Source: a candidate division FCPU426 bacterium (GTDB lineage: Bacteria; Oederibacteriota; Muellerivitia; Muellerivitales; Muellerivitaceae). From it: 64,000 bases of DNA. A program made the position numbers and the translations under genes. The stretch is from assembly GCA_963719085.1 (NCBI GenBank), contig CAVRAL010000001.1:544001-608000 (forward strand), in the 5' to 3' direction. Positions 57,457 through 64,000 of the stretch are shown here, piece after piece (the first letter of the stretch is position 1; each line of letters opens with the position of its first letter). The notes below the pieces were generated by a model, which did no database searches, was not told the DNA's origin, and was given only the letters and a program-made list of their open reading frames with translations.

Positions 57457-59796
57457 TTGGTCCTGAATGGTTTGTTATTTCTTATTTTGGCCGCGCTTGC
57501 CGCCGGAACGGGCTTTTCGGCGCTTCTTCCCTCACTCGGCGCTTTTTTCGACATTCCCTGGACACTGGATGTTTTTTCGAAAACTTGGGAATTGAAACTG
57601 GCCGCTCTTTTTTGGAGCGGGGGGATCGTATTGGGGCTGGCGGGTTGGACTGAAAGTTTTCGGATTTTTTTATTCGGGCATGACCGTTCTGCGGAAATAG
57701 GTCCCCTTTGTTTTGGCATCAGCTTGGCCGGGTTTTCCCTTTTTGTTTTCGGGTTAGGGGTGAGTGGAATCTTCTTTTCGCCCTTGGTGGTAATTTTCTT
57801 TTTTGTCCGCGTTCCGGCGGGCATGAGACTGCTGTCCGGACCCTGGTTTCACTCCTGGACGCCCGCGCAAAAAGGACTTCTTTTGGCGGGCTTGCTGCCC
57901 TGGTTTTTCGAGTACGCGTCCCCGCCCATCCTGTTTGACGCGGTTTTAGACCATTTTCGGTTCGCCGAAGAAGTCGCTCGCCTTCATCAAATCCCATTTC
58001 ATTGGATCAATCACACGGGTGATATCCCCAAAGGCGCGGAGTTAATCTGGGCGGGTTTTTGGGCCTTGGGCGGTGAAACGCTTGCCCATTTATTAAGCGC
58101 GCTTCCTTTCGCCGGACTTATCTATCTTGGGATGAGTCTGGCCCGTCGTCTTCAGCTTCCCGAATGGCCCGGTGTTTTTATTTTGGTGGCTTGTCCCTTT
58201 TGGATGGCGCTTTTTAGCTGGGGTTACGATGAAGGCTTGCTGGCTTTTTATGAGGTGTTGGCGCTTGTCGGTTTGATGATCGGGTTTGGGAAAAATAAGT
58301 CACCGGCGGGCTTGGGACTTTGTTTCTTTTTTCTCGGCGCGGCCCTGGGAGTGAAATACACGGCTCTATTCGCCTGGGCGGGAATCACGGCGGTATTCAT
58401 ATATCAGACGTTTTTTGAAAAGGACCGGGTCCGGTTTGACCTCCGATGGGTTCTTTTCGCGCTGATCCCTTGCCTGCCTTGGCTTTCGCGCGATGCGCTG
58501 GCCAATGGAAATCCCTTTTACCCCATGGCGTCCGCTTGGTTTGGGGGACCGCCGGGATACAATTCGTCCCTCGAGGCGGACCTCTGGCAGGATACGGGCC
58601 GGGGAAGCGCCGGACTGACTTGGATGGGTGCGCTCAAAACCCTTTGGGTTGATTTTGGTACCGGGCGAAACCAAGTGGGGGCGGTTTTATCCCCCCTTCT
58701 TTTAATGGCGGTTCCGCTTTGGGGAAGGCTTCGAAAATTTTCAACAGCGAGGTTTTTGTTTTTATTCGCAGTTGTTTTTTTTGGCGGCTGGATTGTTTTT
58801 TGCACCAACCTTCGCCATGCCGCCGGCGGGTTGTTGGCGCTCGCCCTTTTGTCCGGGTTAGCTTGGGCTTCGGTTTTTAAAAGTTCCCCCAAACTTCTGC
58901 GATGGGTTTTTGGTTTGGGTTTGATCGTTTCATTTTGGATGGTCTGGGTCGCCCAAATCAACACGACCCTGCCTTATGGATGCGCGCTGGGATTTCAAGA
59001 CCCCTTGACGCGGCTCAAAAGAAACTATGTCATGGATTTCGACACCTTTTCGGCTTATGAGGCGATTGAAAAGTCCTCCGCGGCCGTTGATAAGTCGATG
59101 GCTTTCGCCGTTTATCAAACCTATCCTTTGCGGCGGACCGCCTTTGTTGATTTTTTCTGGAAGCAGCCTATTTTTTTCAATTGGGTTTCCCAATGCCAAA
59201 CCGCGGGACAATTGGCCGAGAAATTAAAGCGGGAAGGGGTCGTTTGTTTTCTTTATCAAAGGTCGGAATCGGCTTTTATGTCGAAAAAAGAAAAAGATTT
59301 TCATTGGAGCGGAATGCCGATCGATGAATATACTCGCTTTTGGGAATATTACACCGAACCCATCGAGATTTTTGAGAACTCCTCGGTTTATCGGATCCTC
59401 GCGACGCCGCTCCCGGAGCCGCGGAAACTAACCGACTTGCCGGGACTGGAGGAAGCGGAAGGGGCGGCCTTGTTCGCGGACCAGCAGAAGGGGCAATGGC
59501 AAGCGGCCTACCAGACAGCGGCGGATTTGACCCGCCAGCGGCCCGAAATTGGATTTGGCTGGGAAAGACGGGCCTATTACGCGGGACGGTTAGGCGATTG
59601 GAAAGAGGCGGTGAAATCGGGTGATCGGGCGGAAGGGTTGGGGAGCGAAACTTTGGATTTGTGCGATACAATGACCTTGAGTTGGGTTCAATTGGGGCAA
59701 CCGAAGCTTGCGGTTTCCTGGAATGAAAAGCGCGAGGCTCGTTCTCGCTGGTTGGAGGGATTAAAGCTTGAATCCTTATCTTTTGAAGAGGAATAA
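57457..59796 (+). CDS. GT-C fold (ArnT/PMT-like) membrane glycosyltransferase-like protein with C-terminal TPR-like helices
   Basis: More than 12 TM helices; PPILFDAVLDH, GVKYTA, PW..RD....GNPFYP motifs; start uncertain. Confidence 0.7.
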   Translation: MVLNGLLFLILAALAAGTGFSALLPSLGAFFDIPWTLDVFSKTWELKLAALFWSGGIVLGLAGWTESFRIFLFGHDRSAEIGPLCFGISLAGFSLFVFGLGVSGIFFSPLVVIFFFVRVPAGMRLLSGPWFHSWTPAQKGLLLAGLLPWFFEYASPPILFDAVLDHFRFAEEVARLHQIPFHWINHTGDIPKGAELIWAGFWALGGETLAHLLSALPFAGLIYLGMSLARRLQLPEWPGVFILVACPFWMALFSWGYDEGLLAFYEVLALVGLMIGFGKNKSPAGLGLCFFFLGAALGVKYTALFAWAGITAVFIYQTFFEKDRVRFDLRWVLFALIPCLPWLSRDALANGNPFYPMASAWFGGPPGYNSSLEADLWQDTGRGSAGLTWMGALKTLWVDFGTGRNQVGAVLSPLLLMAVPLWGRLRKFSTARFLFLFAVVFFGGWIVFCTNLRHAAGGLLALALLSGLAWASVFKSSPKLLRWVFGLGLIVSFWMVWVAQINTTLPYGCALGFQDPLTRLKRNYVMDFDTFSAYEAIEKSSAAVDKSMAFAVYQTYPLRRTAFVDFFWKQPIFFNWVSQCQTAGQLAEKLKREGVVCFLYQRSESAFMSKKEKDFHWSGMPIDEYTRFWEYYTEPIEIFENSSVYRILATPLPEPRKLTDLPGLEEAEGAALFADQQKGQWQAAYQTAADLTRQRPEIGFGWERRAYYAGRLGDWKEAVKSGDRAEGLGSETLDLCDTMTLSWVQLGQPKLAVSWNEKREARSRWLEGLKLESLSFEEE

Positions 59797-59797
59797 T

Positions 59798-60160
59798 TTG
59801 ATCAAGAGTCTTCTCCTTTCATTGTTTGTAGGCTTGTTCGCTCTTCCGCTGCGGGCGCAAACGGCGAGCTTTGCTTTGGATCATAATATTTTTCTGGCCG
59901 TCCCGGGCGCGGCCGTGACGACCACCTTTACCGCCAGTTATTCGGGCAAGGGAACCTTGGCGGTCTATAACACGGCGGGTGAAATCATCCAGACCTTGTT
60001 TCCGGCCAGTTCGGGAAACCAAGTGAACGCCAATCAAATTTATTCTGTGAGTTGGGACGGTAAAAACACAGCCGGTAAAAGTGTGGCGTCCGGAATTTAT
60101 ATTTTTCGCTTGAATTTAAACTTAGGCAGCTACGAAAAAAGGTTGATTGTTCTGCAATAG
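59798..60160 (+). CDS. Stand-alone FlgD-Ig/T9SS-CTD-like exported protein
   Basis: Signal peptide ...PLRAQ; LAVYNTAGEIIQTL...WDGKNTAGKSVASGIYIFRL...KRLIVLQ; TTG at 59798. Confidence 0.8.
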   Translation: MIKSLLLSLFVGLFALPLRAQTASFALDHNIFLAVPGAAVTTTFTASYSGKGTLAVYNTAGEIIQTLFPASSGNQVNANQIYSVSWDGKNTAGKSVASGIYIFRLNLNLGSYEKRLIVLQ

Positions 60161-60162
60161 GC

Positions 60163-61488
60163 TCACTTTCTAAAACGGCCGTACCGCAGCGGGTTGGCCG
60201 GGATTCGGCACTCCTCGGCGATCCGCATGACGCCGATTTTTCCTTTTTTCCTCAATTCCAAAAGTTTGGCCGCCATCTGGGTTCGAAGTGCTTCGGGCGA
60301 GAGGGGATTAATGTAAATTTTGGTTCCCCCCTCAAAACCGGCTTGGTTGATCGTCCGCCATTTAATTAAAACGTGCCAGGGAATGGCCTGTTTTGAGTCC
60401 CGCGGCGAATAGTACCATTCCTCATTGCAGGGAATCAGATTGCCGGTGGCGGCGTGACAGGCATGGACTAAATCGGAAAAACCCCGTAATTCTTTGGGAG
60501 TGTGTTTTTCCGGCCTGACTTGGGCGCTTTTGGAATAAACCGCCAAGGTGGGATAGCGGTGCCCCAATTCACAAAGCGCCACCGCTTGCTTGTTTTCAGC
60601 CAGAATCAGGCCATGGTCCCTTGAAAAATTGACGATCAAATCGTTGTAAATGTTCGGCCTTTTTTTCACCGCTTCCAACTCGCGTTGAATGGAGGGCCCC
60701 CACTCATCCATGCCCACCAGTTGCTTATGAAGGTGATTGAGCGAGGCCCCCGCGGGTTGCAGCCAGTTTTGAAAAACGGATATATATCGGATCATGGGGT
60801 TCTGAGCGTAAAGGTCCGTCAAGGCGTCAAGGGTGAAACGGAAAAATTGAGCGTGTTCTTCCGGGGACATCTCGCCCGATGAATAGTATTGGTTGTCATT
60901 TCGAGCGTTGGGGATGTAGTGCCGGCCGGCGATGATGAGGTCGTGGGATCCGTAAAAAAACGCGTCCGCGCGGAAAAGTTTTTCTTTTTCGCTTAGCTGG
61001 GACAAATCCGCGGGTGAGTAGCCGGAGAAGGTGAGTTTGGTTTCGACGATTTTTAAGGCGTGGGCCAAGCCCACCGAGTCTTCGAGATAGGCTTTTTTGC
61101 GCCGGATTTGGGCGGGGGATGGCCGAAAACCGTGGTTTTTCATCCAGTAGTCATAGGTCACGATCTCAAAAAGATTCGCCACCCGTCGAAATACCGCCCG
61201 CGAGCCCTCATAAAGGCCGGGATTCAGATGGTCGATTTTTTTGTAGGAGCGATTTTTATTTTGAATCAGGCGGCTTTTTTCCGGCGGGGTTTTCAAATAA
61301 GACGAGCAACAAAAGTCGCAATAGTTTTCCTTTTTGACCGGACGAAGGGGTTGGGCGGGGGCCGCGGCGCGGCGAATGGGACGATGCGCCCGGGAAGGAA
61401 CGGTCCAGACTTCAGTCCCGCTCAGTGGATTGCGGTGTTTTAGCGTTCCATCGGGCAAGGTGTGATAAAAGTTTTGATTTTGGGTCAT
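60163..61488 (-). CDS. DUF4921 family (GalT/HIT-like) protein
   Basis: DGTLKHRNPLSGTEVWTVPSRAHRP, TPPEKSR, NLFEIV, FQNWLQPAGASLNHLHKQ, GFEGGTKIYIN. Confidence 0.85.
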   Translation of the reverse strand: MTQNQNFYHTLPDGTLKHRNPLSGTEVWTVPSRAHRPIRRAAAPAQPLRPVKKENYCDFCCSSYLKTPPEKSRLIQNKNRSYKKIDHLNPGLYEGSRAVFRRVANLFEIVTYDYWMKNHGFRPSPAQIRRKKAYLEDSVGLAHALKIVETKLTFSGYSPADLSQLSEKEKLFRADAFFYGSHDLIIAGRHYIPNARNDNQYYSSGEMSPEEHAQFFRFTLDALTDLYAQNPMIRYISVFQNWLQPAGASLNHLHKQLVGMDEWGPSIQRELEAVKKRPNIYNDLIVNFSRDHGLILAENKQAVALCELGHRYPTLAVYSKSAQVRPEKHTPKELRGFSDLVHACHAATGNLIPCNEEWYYSPRDSKQAIPWHVLIKWRTINQAGFEGGTKIYINPLSPEALRTQMAAKLLELRKKGKIGVMRIAEECRIPANPLRYGRFRK

Positions 61489-61618
61489 GTGTTGAAACCA
61501 TTGGATTCAAAGGCTTTGGGACGTTAGGATAGGATTGTAGCCAAACCTTGTCCAAGCCGCAACGGCCATCAAACCCAAGCCGGGCAGGGTCGGGATTTAT
61601 TCCGCCGGGAGCGCCGCA

Positions 61619-62386
61619 TTGAAACTACTTTGTATGACCGATTATTCCGGCGCCGAAGAAATTTTGTCCTCGATTCCCACCCTGATCCAAGAAGAAGATC
61701 CCGACTTTATTTTTTATTGCGGCGGTTCCATGAAGGGCGAGCTCCGCTTGGCCGAATACCAGATGGCCCACCGGTTTCACAGCAAACCCAGTTTGGATAA
61801 CCCGGAAATTCAAAAAGAGATGAAGGCGGACACTGAGCACCTTCGCCAGTTTATTTTGGCTTTGGCCGACAGCCGGAAATCGGTTTATATGGTCCCCGGA
61901 TATAATGACGCGCCCGAGTCCGCTTATTTCAAGACGGCTTATGATTTCGCCCGGATTTATCCCAATCTTTACCCGGCGCATGAAATGCTTTACCGGGAAG
62001 ATTCTTTCATGGTGGCGGGTTTTGGGGGCGAAATGAGCGAGTCCGAGGATGAACGTGAGTTTATCCTGCAATATTCTAGGCCTTGGATCGAGTTCGCTTC
62101 CCGGCGGCTTCAATATTTTACCGGCGACAAGATCCTGCTTTTTCATTCGCCTCCGGTTTGCCGTTTGGATGTTTCCGATGGGGAGCATTGCGGGGTTCTT
62201 TTGATCAATCAAATGATTGAAAAGCTTTCGCCCAAACTGGTTTTATGCGGCCGGGCGACTTCGGGCCAGGGAACGGTCAAGATGGGCGGCGCGGTGGTGG
62301 TGAATCCAGGGCCGGTTTCCAAAGGTCATTACGCGATCATCGATTACCCTTCGCTGGCTGTTGAGTTTAAGAATTTTTTTAATTGA
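61619..62386 (+). CDS. Calcineurin-like metallophosphoesterase fold (TT1561-like) with degenerate metal ligands
   Basis: MKLLCMTD, YCGG, VPGYND, LFHSPP, VLCG, VVNPG motif order. Confidence 0.7.
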   Translation: MKLLCMTDYSGAEEILSSIPTLIQEEDPDFIFYCGGSMKGELRLAEYQMAHRFHSKPSLDNPEIQKEMKADTEHLRQFILALADSRKSVYMVPGYNDAPESAYFKTAYDFARIYPNLYPAHEMLYREDSFMVAGFGGEMSESEDEREFILQYSRPWIEFASRRLQYFTGDKILLFHSPPVCRLDVSDGEHCGVLLINQMIEKLSPKLVLCGRATSGQGTVKMGGAVVVNPGPVSKGHYAIIDYPSLAVEFKNFFN

Positions 62387-62446
62387 GGACGTGGTGGATT
62401 CACCCAACCCTCAATTGATCGCTCATCCCATTTAAAAGAGCCCGTA

Positions 62447-63424
62447 GTGTCCTCTCTACTTTCCGTGAAAAATCTAAAAGTCTCCATTCGTAATAAAGAA
62501 ACCGGAAAGTCCGGCTGGGTTTTGCGGGGGATTGATTTTGATTTGGCCTCCGGCGACCGGGTAGCTCTGGTGGGAGAATCGGGCTGCGGTAAAAGCGTAA
62601 CCGCTTTGACCCTGATGGATCTCTTGCCCGCGCCGCCGATGGTTTGGGCGCAGGGCGAAGTTCGCTTTAAAGAGCGTGATTTAAGAGCTTTTTCGCCCGA
62701 GCAATGGCGGTTGATTCGTGGCGCCGAGCTTTCGATGATTTTTCAAGATCCTTTCAGTTCCTTAAATCCGGTTTTCAAGGTCGGGGATCAAATGCTGGAA
62801 ACCATTCAAGCCCATAAAAAAATTCCACGGGAAGAAGCGGTTCGGCAAATTCTTGAGCTGTTCCGGGAAGTGGGATTGCCGGACCCGGATAGGATTTATC
62901 ATCAGTTTCCCCACCAATTATCGGGCGGGATGTGCCAAAGGGTAATGATCGCGATGGCCGTTTCTTGCGGGCCTTCTTTGCTGATCGCCGATGAACCGAC
63001 GACCGCGTTGGATGTGACGGTTCAATCGCAAATACTGGACATGCTTTTTCGAATGACCCGGGACCATGGATTAGGGCTTTTGTTTATTACCCATAATTTA
63101 CCGATCATCCGTGACTACGCCCATCGGATCATTATTCTTTACGCCGGACAAATCGTGGAAGAGGGAACCCCCGAACAAATTTTCGGGCATCCTCAACATC
63201 CCTATACGGAAGGTTTGTTGGCGGCTCTGCCGGACTTAAAGCAAAAGGGAAAAGCGCTTGCCAATATTCCCGGTCAAGTGCCATCGCCGTTTGAGGCGCA
63301 AGAAGGATGCTGTTTTAGCGCCCGTTGTTTAAAGGTTCAAGCGCGCTGCCGAGCGGAAAATCCGGAGTTGATAAAAAATAAAAAAGGCCATGGTTTTCGA
63401 TGCTTTTATCCGTCCGAAAAGTAG
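62447..63424 (+). CDS. oppD: Oligo/dipeptide ABC transporter ATP-binding protein (OppD/DppD)
   Basis: [55 protein letters not shown]. Confidence 0.9.
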   Translation: MSSLLSVKNLKVSIRNKETGKSGWVLRGIDFDLASGDRVALVGESGCGKSVTALTLMDLLPAPPMVWAQGEVRFKERDLRAFSPEQWRLIRGAELSMIFQDPFSSLNPVFKVGDQMLETIQAHKKIPREEAVRQILELFREVGLPDPDRIYHQFPHQLSGGMCQRVMIAMAVSCGPSLLIADEPTTALDVTVQSQILDMLFRMTRDHGLGLLFITHNLPIIRDYAHRIIILYAGQIVEEGTPEQIFGHPQHPYTEGLLAALPDLKQKGKALANIPGQVPSPFEAQEGCCFSARCLKVQARCRAENPELIKNKKGHGFRCFYPSEK

Positions 63425-64000
63425 TTAAATCTTTTGTCCAAAAGAAAAGCTTTTGGGGCAAGCCCAAGGGTTTGGTGCGGGCGGTGGACGGGGTTTCCTT
63501 TGATGTGCAGGCCGGTGAAATCGTGGGTTTGGTGGGGGAGTCGGGTTGCGGTAAAAGCACCCTGGTCCGGGGAGCCTTAGCCTTGATGTCTTTTACCGAA
63601 GGGAATGTGTTTTGGGACGAGGTGGATATCGCGGCCTTGAGCGGCGATGAATTGCGGAAAAAGAGAAAAGATTTTCAAATGGTTTTTCAAAATCCTCAAA
63701 CCGCTTTAAACCCCAGGCGAAAAATCATAAAAAGCTTGATAGAGCCCTTGGAAATTCACGGAATCTCCACCGGCTCGAATAAAAGACAAGGCGCGGTTGA
63801 AATGTTGGAGCGGGTGGGACTTTCGGAAAGCGACTTGGATAAGTACCCCCATGAATTTTCCGGCGGGCAAAGGCAGCGCATTGGATTGGCGAGGGCCATG
63901 ATGTCGAGGCCGAAATTGATTGTTTTGGATGAGCCCGTGTCCTCTTTGGACGTTTCGGTTCAGGCTTCTATCTTAAACCTGTTGGTCAATTTAAATCGGG
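63400..64000 (+). CDS. oppF: Oligo/dipeptide ABC transporter ATP-binding protein (OppF/DppF), 3' end outside the window
   Basis: My translation from ATG 63400: [50 protein letters not shown]. Confidence 0.9.
   Translation, partial: MLLSVRKVVKSFVQKKSFWGKPKGLVRAVDGVSFDVQAGEIVGLVGESGCGKSTLVRGALALMSFTEGNVFWDEVDIAALSGDELRKKRKDFQMVFQNPQTALNPRRKIIKSLIEPLEIHGISTGSNKRQGAVEMLERVGLSESDLDKYPHEFSGGQRQRIGLARAMMSRPKLIVLDEPVSSLDVSVQASILNLLVNLNR

Overview
Chromosomal window from a free-living, flagellated, diderm (outer-membrane) bacterium. It is mostly + strand and densely coding, with many 4-bp stop/start overlaps. In order it carries: the end of a flagellar hook operon (fliK-flgD-TIGR02530-like-flgE, an inserted NHL lipoprotein, flbD); a Thr/Pro-rich secreted protein with a T9SS/FlgD-Ig-like C-terminal domain plus two PorV/PorQ-like barrels; tRNA-Phe; housekeeping genes (PMM/PGM, rlmH, dinG, ruvB, an MCP, a GldAFG/DUF4340 ABC module, tatC, transaldolase, spoIID, queA, tgt); a sigma54-preceded histidine kinase/receiver pair; gltBD; a CBM9/GH-A-like protein; an Aur1-like PAP2 protein; thiSGE; def-fmt-rsmB; a second Thr/Pro-CTD protein; a compact spt-bcerS / cerR-like ceramide (sphingolipid) cluster; tRNA-Leu; a GT-C membrane protein; DUF4921; and oppDF-like ATPases. 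I saw no prophage, IS transposase or CRISPR array. Best leads: (1) a probable bacterial ceramide pathway, with an Aur1-like candidate head-group enzyme nearby; (2) a T9SS-like sorting/glycosylation system with three CTD proteins; (3) a structured, GGA-rich flgE leader next to a gene with a RelE/DUF4258-like motif; (4) two copies of a small inverted-repeat element. The combination recalls candidate-phylum bacteria such as FCPU426, but that is my inference. All product calls come from motif recognition and gene context; no database searches were run.
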